This document shows positions 1-7,728 of a stretch of DNA of 19,587 nt, piece after piece (positions within the stretch are counted from its first letter, which is position 1; each line of letters begins with the position of its first letter). Source of the stretch: an uncultured Spirochaetales bacterium (GTDB lineage Bacteria; Spirochaetota; Spirochaetia; Treponematales; Breznakiellaceae); the NCBI GenBank assembly GCA_964541755.1, contig CAZIRF010000048.1, positions 1-19,587 of the forward strand, written 5' to 3'. The notes under the pieces were generated by a model. That model ran no database searches, was not told the origin of the DNA, and saw nothing but the letters and a program-made list of their open reading frames with translations. The position numbers and the translations under genes were made by a program.

Positions 1-152
1 TCGACTGACAGGGTCAGTTTCGACTGACAGGGTCAGTTTCGACTGACAGGGTCAGTTTCGACTGACAGGGTCAGTTTCGACTGACAGGGTCAGTTTCGAC
101 TGACAGGGTCAGTTTCGACTGACAGGGTCAGTTTCGACTGACAGGGTCAGAG
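1..152. repeat. Tandem array of 8 head-to-tail copies of a 19-bp unit TCGACTGACAGGGTCAGTT. Copy 8 diverges in its last 2 nt. Each unit contains the palindrome CTGAC-AGG-GTCAG. The array reaches the window edge and may continue upstream.
   Basis: Direct reading: identical 19-mers at 1-19, 20-38 and so on to 134-152. 19 is not a multiple of 3, so the array is non-coding. The internal inverted repeat is CTGAC/GTCAG with a 3-nt spacer. Confidence 0.9.
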
Positions 153-153
153 T

Positions 154-210
154 ACTGACGGCGTCAAGTAAGCTTGACGGCGTCAAGTAAGCTTGACGGC
201 GTCAGTCCGA
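154..210. repeat. Second tandem repeat family: about 3 copies of a 19-bp unit CTTGACGGCGTCAAGTAAG at 154-172, 173-191 and 192-210. The first copy is a hybrid and the last is degenerate. Core palindrome is TTGAC-GGC-GTCAA.
   Basis: Direct reading. It shares the TGAC-N3-GTCA core and the 19-bp periodicity with the first array. Confidence 0.85.
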
Positions 211-224
211 CACAGGAATAAACA

Positions 225-258
225 GGGGCCTCCCATGCCGGGAGGCCCTTCTTCATTT
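225..258. terminator. Bidirectional rho-independent terminator. Stem GGGCCTCCC, loop ATGCC, stem GGGAGGCCC. It is followed by TTCTTCATTT on the plus strand and CTGTTTATT on the minus strand.
   Basis: Perfect 9-bp GC-rich inverted repeat with T-rich tracts on both sides. It lies 50 bp downstream of the stop of the minus-strand yjbQ-like gene. Confidence 0.7.
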
Positions 259-306
259 AAAGCTCAATCAAGGCAATCTCAAAAACAACCGTTTTTTTAC
301 ATTCCC

Positions 307-723
307 TCATTCCCCGATAATTTTTACCAATACCCGCTTTCGTCTGCCGCCGTCGAATTCCCCGTAAAAGATTTGCTCCCAGGGGCCGAAGTGGAGTTCG
401 CCTTCGGTGATGGCAACCACGACTTCCCGCCCCATTATTTGCCGCTTCATGTGGGCGTCTGCGTTGTCCTCGCCTACATTGTGGCGATAAGAAGAGATCG
501 GCTCGTGCGGGGCGAGTTTCTCGAGCCAGAGATCGAAGTCGTGATGCAATCCGCCCTCGTCGTCGTTGATGAAGACGCTGGCCGTTATGTGCATTGCGTT
601 CACGAGGCAGAGCCCCTCTTGCACCCCCGATTCCCGCACGAGATCGGCCACGGTGGGGGTGATGTTGATGAATTCGCGTTTCTTGCGGGTGTTGAACCAG
701 AGTTCCTTCGTCAAATGCTTCAT
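307..723 (-). CDS. yjbQ: YjbQ/UPF0047 family protein (secondary thiamine-phosphate synthase-like), 138 aa starting at MKHLTKELW.
   Basis: The translation shows family-typical blocks (NITPTVADL..., [36 protein letters not shown]..., [47 protein letters not shown]). I chose the internal ATG at 723 because a GGAG Shine-Dalgarno sits right upstream. The track ORF begins 15 codons earlier with no SD. Confidence 0.75.
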   Translation of the reverse strand: MKHLTKELWFNTRKKREFINITPTVADLVRESGVQEGLCLVNAMHITASVFINDDEGGLHHDFDLWLEKLAPHEPISSYRHNVGEDNADAHMKRQIMGREVVVAITEGELHFGPWEQIFYGEFDGGRRKRVLVKIIGE

Positions 724-772
724 GGAGGCTCTCCTTTTATCCAAAAAAGTATAGCACAAAGGGTACACGGGC

Positions 773-800
773 TTGACTATCAGAAATAATGTATTATAGT
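773..800 (+). promoter_or_regulatory. Candidate sigma70-type promoter for the GntR operon: TTGACT (773-778), 16-nt spacer, TATAGT (795-800).
   Basis: Near-consensus hexamers in an AT-rich 182-bp divergent intergenic region, about 100 bp upstream of the GntR start. Confidence 0.45.
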
Positions 801-817
801 ACTATTGTATTAGTTGT

Positions 818-833
818 TTAGTACATTAGTACA
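818..833 (+). promoter_or_regulatory. Perfect tandem direct repeat TTAGTACA x2, with nearby GTATTA x2 at 791-796 and 807-812, between the putative -10 and the GntR start. Candidate operator.
   Basis: Direct reading. GTAC is self-complementary. The position fits an autoregulatory operator of the downstream GntR/YtrA-like repressor. Confidence 0.3.
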
Positions 834-905
834 GGGTGATACTGACGGCATGCGAAGGGCATCTTCTGCTGCCATGAAAATTGTTGAAAGGAGGAGCACG
901 GCAAG

Positions 906-1325
906 ATGGGCGAAATGAGTTTCGAGCTGGACGCCAAGAGCGGCGTGCCGTACTACAAACAGATAATCCTCCAGGTGGAGATGGCTATCGCCGACGGGCG
1001 CTTCCCCGCCGGGACCCAGCTGCCCACGGTGCGCAGTCTCGCCGTGTCGCTGCAGATTAACCCCAATACGGTGGCAAGGGCGTACAACGAACTGGAGATT
1101 CGGGGGATCGTGACGACCCAACAGGGATCGGGGACCTTCATAAGCGACAAAAAACCCACCTTGAACGAGGTCGAGCGGGAGGGCGTTCTCGAGACCATCG
1201 CGCGCCCCTTCCTTACGAAGGCCCTGGCCTACGGCTTTACCGCCGACGAAATCGTACACTTCATACGGGAGAACGCACAGCCCGCTTCGCCCCGGACCCC
1301 TGAATCCAAGGAGAGTGACCGATGA
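906..1325 (+). CDS. GntR-family transcriptional regulator, short YtrA/YhcF-like subfamily, 139 aa.
   Basis: N-terminal winged-HTH signature (LPTVRSLAVSLQINPNTVARAYNELEIRGIVTTQQGSGTFIS). Good SD AGGAGG 8 nt upstream of the ATG. The stop overlaps the start of the next gene (ATGA). Confidence 0.85.
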   Translation: MGEMSFELDAKSGVPYYKQIILQVEMAIADGRFPAGTQLPTVRSLAVSLQINPNTVARAYNELEIRGIVTTQQGSGTFISDKKPTLNEVEREGVLETIARPFLTKALAYGFTADEIVHFIRENAQPASPRTPESKESDR

Positions 1326-2515
1326 ATATCCTGAACCTCTTTCGCGCAGAGAGCCTGCCGCGCATCCGCAACCCGCATCGCAGCGCACAGCGTGCCGACT
1401 TCGGCTTCAACCTCTTTTCATTCCTCGTCATGTTCACCCTGTCGACGGTCCTGGCTCTCGTTTTCCAGTTCGCCGGCGGCGGCCTCGCCCCGGCCCTCTT
1501 TATACGCGGGACGGGGGCCGTCCTCGTCGCAGCATCGATTTATGCCATTTTCGGGTCCTGGACGGCCCTGCTCGCCGCCCTCATTACGGCCCTGGCCGTC
1601 ATCTTTGCGGCCACCGGCCTGCGTGGCGACTGGGCCATCCTGGCCTGGGAGATGCAGGGGAGCGCCATGCTCTACGTGAGCCTCCTCTTCTTCATCATAC
1701 TGATGGGCCCCTCCATACAGGTGGTCAACCACTGGGACAAGGCGGTCGTCCTGCGTTTCGGGCGCTTCCACCGCGTAAAGGGCCCCGGCCTCTTTTTCCT
1801 CCTGCCCATCGTGGACCGCATGGCCGCCGTCGTCGACACGCGCATACGCGTCACGGATTTTTCGGCCGAGAAGATCCTTACCCGCGACACGGTACCCGTC
1901 CACGTCGACGCCCTCGCCTTCTGGATGATCTGGGACGCACAGAAGGCCATCCTTGAAGTCGAAGATTTCCTCGAGGCGGTGACCCTCTCTGCCCAGACGG
2001 CCCTGCGTGATTCGGTGGGCAAGTACACCCTTACGACCCTGCTTTCCGAACGGGAGACCCTCTACCGCGAGATACAGACCATACTCGACGCCAAGACGAA
2101 CCCCTGGGGTATCACAATACTCAGCGTTGAATTCGTCGACATACAGCTGCCCAAGGACCTCGAAGACGTCATGAGCCGCACGGCACAGGCCGAACGCGAG
2201 AAGAGCGCCCGCCTTTTGCAGGGCGAGGCGGAGGCAGAGGTCGCCAAAAAGTATCTCGAGGCGGCGGCTGTGTACAAGGATAACCCGCAGGCCCTCAACC
2301 TGCGCTCCATGGCCATGGTCTACGACGCGATGAAGACGCGGGGGAGCATGGTGGTCCTGCCCTCGAGCGCCCTTGATGGCATGAACATGGGCACGCAGAT
2401 AGCCGCCGCACAGGCGGTCAAGGAAAGCATGACGACAACGGCTCCCGCTACGGGTGCCGACACTACCGAACGCAATGCAGGCAGCGATGGGCGCGCTGCC
2501 GGGGAGGCAGAATGA
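1322..2515 (+). CDS. SPFH/band-7 (stomatin/HflKC-like) domain protein, 397 aa. It has an unusually long hydrophobic N-terminal region of about 110 aa, probably 3-4 TM helices, and an Ala/Thr-rich C-terminal tail.
   Basis: Typical SPFH core (VVLRFGRFHRVKGPGLFFLLPIVDRMAAVVDTRIRVTDF...VDALAFWMIWDAQKAILEVEDFLEAVTLSAQTALRDSVG...ILSVEFVDIQLPKDLEDVMSRTAQAEREKSARLLQGEAEAEVAKKY). Start/stop overlap with the GntR gene (ATGA at 1322-1325). Confidence 0.8.
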   Translation: MNILNLFRAESLPRIRNPHRSAQRADFGFNLFSFLVMFTLSTVLALVFQFAGGGLAPALFIRGTGAVLVAASIYAIFGSWTALLAALITALAVIFAATGLRGDWAILAWEMQGSAMLYVSLLFFIILMGPSIQVVNHWDKAVVLRFGRFHRVKGPGLFFLLPIVDRMAAVVDTRIRVTDFSAEKILTRDTVPVHVDALAFWMIWDAQKAILEVEDFLEAVTLSAQTALRDSVGKYTLTTLLSERETLYREIQTILDAKTNPWGITILSVEFVDIQLPKDLEDVMSRTAQAEREKSARLLQGEAEAEVAKKYLEAAAVYKDNPQALNLRSMAMVYDAMKTRGSMVVLPSSALDGMNMGTQIAAAQAVKESMTTTAPATGADTTERNAGSDGRAAGEAE

Positions 2516-3249
2516 ACACACAGACAACGACCATACTCCAGCTTGAGGGCGTCAAGCGCACCTACACGAAGGGCGAAGGCGAAGTGCACGCACTGGCGGG
2601 CGTGGATCTTGCCATCAAAAAGGGCGAGTTTCTCGCCGTCGTGGGGCCCTCGGGATCGGGGAAGACGACCCTGCTCAACATCGTCGGTTGCCTGGACAGC
2701 CCCACCAGCGGCGCAGTGAGCTACCTGGGACGGCCCCTTGCGGCCATGAGCGAGAACGAGCTTTCCGACTACCGCAAGGAGCACATCAGCTTTATCTTCC
2801 AGTCCTACAACCTCATCCCCGTCCTTACCGTGCGGGAAAACGTGGAGCTCCCCCTGGTTATCGAAAAGAAACTGGACAAACAGGAAATCCGACAGAAGGC
2901 AGAGGCCATACTCGCCCAGGTGGGGCTCGAAGGACTTGGGGAGCGCTACCCCCGGGAGCTCTCCGGCGGGCAGGAACAGCGCGTCGCCATTGCGCGGGCC
3001 CTTATCAAGGACCCGGTGATTATCCTGGCCGATGAACCCACCGCAAACCTCGACTCGCACACGGCGAAGGACATCATCGACATCATGCGCCGCATCAACC
3101 ACGAGACAGAGGCGACCTTCATCTTTTCCACCCATGACCCCATGGTCAAGGAGCGGGCCGACCGCGTCATCACCATAAAGGACGGGGCCATTTCCAGCGA
3201 CGAGGTCAAGCCATCTGCCGGAACGGGCAAAGCAGGGGGGACGACATGA
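2512..3249 (+). CDS. ABC transporter ATP-binding protein, LolD/MacB-type, 245 aa.
   Basis: Walker A GPSGSGKTT, Q-loop, ABC signature LSGGQEQRVAIARAL, Walker B ILADEPT, H-loop STHD. ATGA overlap with the upstream stop; SD GGGGAGG. Confidence 0.9.
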   Translation: MNTQTTTILQLEGVKRTYTKGEGEVHALAGVDLAIKKGEFLAVVGPSGSGKTTLLNIVGCLDSPTSGAVSYLGRPLAAMSENELSDYRKEHISFIFQSYNLIPVLTVRENVELPLVIEKKLDKQEIRQKAEAILAQVGLEGLGERYPRELSGGQEQRVAIARALIKDPVIILADEPTANLDSHTAKDIIDIMRRINHETEATFIFSTHDPMVKERADRVITIKDGAISSDEVKPSAGTGKAGGTT

Positions 3250-4499
3250 GCACCCTCTTCAAGATCGCCTGGCGCAATGTATGGCGCCACGGCAAACGAA
3301 CAGCCCTTACCATTATCACCATGGCCTTTGGCTTGGGCATCTTCATGTGGATGGACTCGATCATGAAGGGCATGGACCGCATGGGCCTTGAGGCCATCGT
3401 CGAGTACACCGACTCCTCCCTGCGCCTTACAAGCCGCGAGTACGCAGATGAGCTGCGCGGCGCTCCCTTGGACTATGGTATCGAAGCGGAACTACCAGCC
3501 CTTCGCCGCTTTCTGGCCTCGTACAAGGGGGTCGAAGCCATTTCGGTTCGCACCCGCTTTACCGGCGAGCTCTCGAACGGCGTTGACGGCATACCGGTTT
3601 TGGCCATCGCTGTTGAACCGGCAGACGATGCAGCCGTTTTCGCGCTGGTGGATCACCTCGAGGGCACCTGGCTCGATGGCCGGGGGAATCGCAGCATTGT
3701 CATGGGGATAAAATTGGCACAGACCCTGGACCTTGCAATCGGCGACAGCATCACCCTTTCTGCCCGCGACCGCAACGAGGCCATGAATGCCGACGAATTC
3801 ACCATTATCGGCCTCTTGAACACCCCCTCGCCCGAGGTCAACAAGAGCGGTGTCTACCTCGCCTACGCCGACGCGGAAGAATTCCTGGCCCTCGAAGGCC
3901 TGCGCACCGAGCTCGCCCTGTCCATGACGCGCCGGGTAAACCTCAAGGACGGCATGGCAGACAGCGACCTCCTGGCCGCTGCCATTGAAGAGAAGTGGCC
4001 CCAGCTCGAAGCCCGCAGCTTTGGCGAAATTGGCCGCAGCTTCCTGCAGCTCTCGCAGACCAAGGGGAAGTCCGCCGGCATGATGATCGCCATCATCCTC
4101 CTTATCGCCGGGGTGGGCATCGCGAACACCATCCTCATGAGCGTCTACAGTCGCATCCGCGAGATTGGCGTCCTGCGCGCCTTCGGTCTCAAGCCCAAGG
4201 ACATCTCGCGCCTCTTCCTCATCGAGGGGGGGATTATCGGCTTCGTCGGGGCCCTCGCCGGCCTCGCCTTCGGTATCGCCCTCGTCGCAGCAAACGTCTA
4301 CCTGGGCTTCCCCATGGAAGAGCTCATGGGCAACAACGACATGGGCATGCCCATCATGGGCACGCTCTACGGCGAGTGGAACCCATCCACCATGGCCACC
4401 GCCGTCATTTTCGGCGTCATCGTCGCCTTGATAGCCGCGCGTTCGCCAGCCAAAAAGGCGTCCCGCATGGAGGTAACCAATGCCCTCAGATTCAATTGA
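3246..4499 (+). CDS. ABC transporter permease, FtsX/MacB-LolCE type. N-terminal TM, large periplasmic domain, three C-terminal TM helices. 417 aa.
   Basis: N-terminus IAWRNVWRHGKRTALTIITMAFGLGIF. C-terminal FtsX-like block (IAIILLIAGVGIANTILMSVYSRIREIGVLRAFGLKPKDISRLFLIEGGIIGFVGALAGLAFG). ATGA overlap with the ATPase stop. Confidence 0.85.
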   Translation: MSTLFKIAWRNVWRHGKRTALTIITMAFGLGIFMWMDSIMKGMDRMGLEAIVEYTDSSLRLTSREYADELRGAPLDYGIEAELPALRRFLASYKGVEAISVRTRFTGELSNGVDGIPVLAIAVEPADDAAVFALVDHLEGTWLDGRGNRSIVMGIKLAQTLDLAIGDSITLSARDRNEAMNADEFTIIGLLNTPSPEVNKSGVYLAYADAEEFLALEGLRTELALSMTRRVNLKDGMADSDLLAAAIEEKWPQLEARSFGEIGRSFLQLSQTKGKSAGMMIAIILLIAGVGIANTILMSVYSRIREIGVLRAFGLKPKDISRLFLIEGGIIGFVGALAGLAFGIALVAANVYLGFPMEELMGNNDMGMPIMGTLYGEWNPSTMATAVIFGVIVALIAARSPAKKASRMEVTNALRFN

Positions 4500-5820
4500 T
4501 ACCCGTCCCGCTGGGAAGGGAATGCGTGCTGCAGGGCTTTCCCCTGCACGGCACAGAATATCGTCGCACTGGATTCTCGACCTCGCCCTGCGTAACACCC
4601 GCCGCAACAAGAGGCGCACGGTTCTCGCCGTAAGCTCCATAGCCCTTTCGGTCATGCTTATCACCTTCCTGGGCGGCTTTGCAGGCGGCGTCCTCGACAA
4701 CATGGTGCGGAACATCACCAAGAACACGAGCGGCCACGTGCGCATCATCACCAAGGGCTTTGCAGAGCGCGAATCCTTCATGCCCTTGGACGAGCTCGTC
4801 GCCGACCCCGGGGCCGTCAAAGGGGCCATTATGGCCGACGAGCGCCTCTCGAAGGAGGTCACCGAGGTCGCCGAACGCATTACCTTTGGCACCCTCCTCT
4901 CCAACGGCCCGGCCACCAAGGCCGCGATGGGCTTTGCCGGCGAGCCCGCCATCGAGAAAGATCTTATCGGCCTCGACCGCTCCCTCGTCGCAGGACGCTC
5001 CATCGCCGGCCCCGGCGAAACCATTCTGGGCGAAACCCTCGCCGACGACCTGGGACTGGCCATCGGGGAGCGCATCAAGGTTGTCACCCAGGGGGCCGAC
5101 TACGGCCTGCGCCTCAAGACCTTCGAAATCGTCGGCCTTTTCAAGACCGGCCAGTACGCATTGGACAGCGCCCTCTTCCAGATTCCCATCGAAGACGCGA
5201 AGAGCTTTTTGCGCACCGGCGGGGCCGTCCAGCAGATACTCGTCATGCTCAAGAACTACGAGCGCGCAAACGCCGCCCGCGACCTAATCGATGCAGCACT
5301 CGCCCGATCCGGGCTCAACCCCAACGACGAAATCCTCGTCCAAAGCTGGAAGGACGTGGGCGACTACCCCGGCATGATCGAGTACATGGAGCAGATCTAC
5401 TTCTTCATCTACCTCATCGTCGCCTTTTTGGGGGCCTTCATCATCACCAATATACTTACGATGGTGGTCCTCGAACGCCGCCGGGAGATTGGCATCCTCA
5501 AGTCGATGGGCCTGCGCCGCCGCGAAATACTCGGCCTCTTCCTCGCCGAGGGCGGCATCATGGGCGTTATCGGCAGCGCCATCGGTTCCCTCCTGGGTAC
5601 CGGGCTCTGCATCAGCTTTTCGATCTTCGGCATCGACTTTTCCGACGCGATGGGAACCCTCACCATGCCCGTCGACCCCGTCTTCTACAGCCGGGTGGAC
5701 CCGCTGCAGATCATCACCCTCTTTATCCTGGGCGTGGCCGTCTCGCTCATCGTTTCGATCGGGCCCAGCCGCCGCGCGGCCCGCATGAATGCCGTCGACG
5801 CCATCAAGAGCGTCGCGTAA
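4480..5820 (+). CDS. Second, non-identical FtsX/MacB-LolCE-type ABC permease, 446 aa. Probable heterodimer partner of the previous permease.
   Basis: Same architecture (ALRNTRRNKRRTVLAVSSIALSVMLITF ... LIVAFLGAFIITNILTMVVLERRREIGILKSMGLRRREILGLFLAEGGIMGVIG). GGAGG lies 6 nt upstream of the ATG at 4480, with a 20-nt overlap with the preceding gene. An alternative start is the ATG at 4522. Confidence 0.8.
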   Translation: MPSDSIDTRPAGKGMRAAGLSPARHRISSHWILDLALRNTRRNKRRTVLAVSSIALSVMLITFLGGFAGGVLDNMVRNITKNTSGHVRIITKGFAERESFMPLDELVADPGAVKGAIMADERLSKEVTEVAERITFGTLLSNGPATKAAMGFAGEPAIEKDLIGLDRSLVAGRSIAGPGETILGETLADDLGLAIGERIKVVTQGADYGLRLKTFEIVGLFKTGQYALDSALFQIPIEDAKSFLRTGGAVQQILVMLKNYERANAARDLIDAALARSGLNPNDEILVQSWKDVGDYPGMIEYMEQIYFFIYLIVAFLGAFIITNILTMVVLERRREIGILKSMGLRRREILGLFLAEGGIMGVIGSAIGSLLGTGLCISFSIFGIDFSDAMGTLTMPVDPVFYSRVDPLQIITLFILGVAVSLIVSIGPSRRAARMNAVDAIKSVA

Positions 5821-5833
5821 ACCGGAGGACCCC

Positions 5834-6631
5834 ATGAACAGAAGATTCATACTGATACTGACGCTCGCTCTCGCCACCTTCGTCACGGCCGTCCCCTTCC
5901 TGGCCGCCCAGGAATCTGGTGCGGCCGCTGGCGCCGGGGCGGCCACCCCCACCGCCCAAGAGATCCTCGCCCGTATGGACGCGCAGAAGGTCTTCGGCAC
6001 CGCCAGCTACCGCGCCGTCATGGAAATAGACCTGGGGCGGCGCGTTCTTCGCAAGGAGATGCGGGCCTTCGCCGATGGCGAGACCAAGGCCTTCATCGAA
6101 TTCACCAACCCCGAAGACCGCGGGGTACGCTACCTCAAGATCGACGATGAACTGTGGATGTACTTCCCCGACGAGGCGGAGACCATCAAGATCTCCGGCC
6201 ACCTGCTCAAGGAAGGGATGATGGGTAGCGACCTCTCCTACGAGGACGCCCTCGAGACCGGGGCCCTCGCCGAAAAACACACCATCACCCTCGCCGGGAG
6301 CGAGGAGGTCGATGGCCGTAAGTCTTGGGTGCTGGAACTTGTGGCCAAGGTCAAGAAGGTCCCCTACGAGAAGCAGAAGATATGGATTGATGCAGAGCGC
6401 TATGTAAGCCTTAAAGGCGAGATGTACGCCCAAAGCGGCAAGCTCCTCAAGACGAGCCGGGCCCTGGCCGTCGAGCGCATCGGCGACCGCTGGTATGTGA
6501 CGAAGCTCCAGATGGAAGACAGCCTCAAGAAGGGCAGCGGCACCACCTTTACCATGGAGGAGATCGCCTTCGATGTCGAGCTCCCCGACAACCAGTTCAC
6601 GATACGCGCCCTTACGCGCAGGGGCCGCTGA
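5834..6631 (+). CDS. Periplasmic LolA-like protein (outer-membrane lipoprotein-sorting/carrier fold) with signal peptide, 265 aa.
   Basis: Signal peptide MNRRFILILTLALATFVTAVPFLAAQ. The size, signal peptide and position immediately downstream of a LolD/LolCE-type ABC transporter suggest a LolA-like carrier; I could not verify any family motif from sequence and the call is based on context (the blocks KEMRAFADGETKAFIEFTNPEDRGVRYLKIDDELWMYFPDEAETIKI and RWYVTKLQMED are quoted only as landmarks). GGAGG lies 8 nt upstream of the ATG at 5834. The track ORF starts 15 codons earlier with no RBS. Confidence 0.6.
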   Translation: MNRRFILILTLALATFVTAVPFLAAQESGAAAGAGAATPTAQEILARMDAQKVFGTASYRAVMEIDLGRRVLRKEMRAFADGETKAFIEFTNPEDRGVRYLKIDDELWMYFPDEAETIKISGHLLKEGMMGSDLSYEDALETGALAEKHTITLAGSEEVDGRKSWVLELVAKVKKVPYEKQKIWIDAERYVSLKGEMYAQSGKLLKTSRALAVERIGDRWYVTKLQMEDSLKKGSGTTFTMEEIAFDVELPDNQFTIRALTRRGR

Positions 6632-7713
6632 TGAAGGGAAAGACTCAGTCCCGGCCGTATCCGCAAGCCCCGGTGCAGCCGGTCCATTCAACAATTTTCA
6701 TGGCAGCACTCCTGGGCCTCGGGGCCCTCCTCGCCCCCGGCTCGCTGGCAGCCCCCCTCGCCGCCCAAGAGGACGAGCCCCGCGTACAGCTGGGCGGCTG
6801 GGTGCGCAGCGAGCTGGGCGCGGACTTCGTCAACGGGGCCGATCCCCTCCAGAGCGGCGCGACCGCCCTGCGCCTTGACCTGCGCGGCGGCGACCGGGAT
6901 GTCGGCAGTGCCGAGGCCTCGGCGCTGCTCTCGCTCGACTACAACAAGGCCGGCGCCCCCAGCGTCGACTACGACATCTACACCCTCGCCTTTACTGTTT
7001 ACGCAGGCGACGTGGACCTCTCGATGGGGCGCCTCATCGCCAACTACGGGACCGGAACCGTCTTCTCGCCCACAGACATCTTTAGCGATGTGAACCCGGT
7101 GGACTTCTCGCGTTCGGGCACCGAGCTCGCCCGCCTCATCTGGTACACGGGGGATTTTTCTGCCCTCGAAGCCGTAAGTACCCTCTCCAAGCCCTTTAAC
7201 GACGTCGACGCCCTCCTTCGCTACCGCGACCAATTCGCAGGCTGGGACTGGGGCGCCCAGGCGATATGGTTTGGCGGCACCCCGGACGGCGACGAGGACG
7301 CCGCCCTCGCCTTCGGCCTCGACACCAAGGGCGACCTCTTCTTTGGCATAAGCGCAGAGGCCCTTGCCCGCCTGCCCCTGTCCTGGCAGGGCTTCGACGG
7401 GGACGTGGAGTGGACACTCATGGGGGGGCTGGACTGGTCAATACGGGGCAAGCTGATGATTGACGCGGAGTATCAGTGGTCGAACCGCGGGGAGGCTCAC
7501 CAGCTCTTTTTCTCGCTTTCGAGCCCCATAAGCCTGACGCTCTCAATCTCCGCCCACGCCATCTTCATGCCTGCAAGCGAACAGTGTCTGGCCATAGGGG
7601 CTGCAAACTGGGACTTCGCCCGTGCGGCCCGCGCCGACCTGCGCTACAGCTACACGACGGGTCCGCTCCAGGAAGCCCATATAATTATGGCGGGCGTCCA
7701 ATACTCATTCTGA
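6631..7713 (+). CDS. Secreted protein, probable outer-membrane beta-barrel, with signal peptide and a C-terminal ...GVQYSF. 360 aa. Function unknown.
   Basis: Signal peptide (MAALLGLGALLAPGSLAAPLAAQ). Alternating hydrophobic beta-strand pattern, rich in D/G/Y/W/S. Terminal aromatic residue F, typical of OMPs. The start ATG overlaps the stop of the LolA-like gene (TGATG); an alternative start is the ATG at 6700. Confidence 0.55.
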   Translation: MKGKTQSRPYPQAPVQPVHSTIFMAALLGLGALLAPGSLAAPLAAQEDEPRVQLGGWVRSELGADFVNGADPLQSGATALRLDLRGGDRDVGSAEASALLSLDYNKAGAPSVDYDIYTLAFTVYAGDVDLSMGRLIANYGTGTVFSPTDIFSDVNPVDFSRSGTELARLIWYTGDFSALEAVSTLSKPFNDVDALLRYRDQFAGWDWGAQAIWFGGTPDGDEDAALAFGLDTKGDLFFGISAEALARLPLSWQGFDGDVEWTLMGGLDWSIRGKLMIDAEYQWSNRGEAHQLFFSLSSPISLTLSISAHAIFMPASEQCLAIGAANWDFARAARADLRYSYTTGPLQEAHIIMAGVQYSF

Positions 7714-7728
7714 CACAAAAAAAAAGAA

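Noticed and set aside
1-210. Possibility that the 19-bp tandem repeats are a CRISPR array
   Set aside because: The units are directly abutted with no unique spacers and the repeat length is only 19 bp. This is iteron or VNTR architecture, not CRISPR.
193-789. 198-aa plus-strand ORF covering the yjbQ region
   Set aside because: It is fully antisense to a gene with clear family signatures. It has no RBS and a low-complexity Pro/Gly-rich translation. This is a typical shadow ORF in GC-rich DNA.
1418-2527. 369-aa minus-strand ORF antisense to the SPFH gene (also 1315..1956 +, 1392..1679 +, 1672..2028 -)
   Set aside because: Arg/Pro/Gly-rich translations with no motifs, entirely inside a well-supported SPFH CDS on the other strand or frame. 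GC3-driven open frames.
3492-5087. 531-aa minus-strand ORF antisense to both FtsX permease genes (plus 3995..4633 +, 4679..5287 +, 5284..6000 -)
   Set aside because: Low-complexity Arg/Ala/Ser-rich products. The sense-strand permeases have canonical FtsX signatures and translational coupling. Shadow ORFs.
5804-6694. 296-aa minus-strand ORF opposite the LolA-like gene
   Set aside because: Antisense to a signal-peptide-bearing CDS with a proper RBS. The Gly/Leu-rich product is meaningless.
6688-7233. 181-aa minus-strand ORF and several 60-110-aa ORFs (6573..6878 +, 7196..7417 -, 7266..7463 +) inside the OM barrel gene
   Set aside because: Arg/Pro/Gly repeats typical of out-of-frame GC-rich translation. 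They overlap a coherent secreted-protein CDS.
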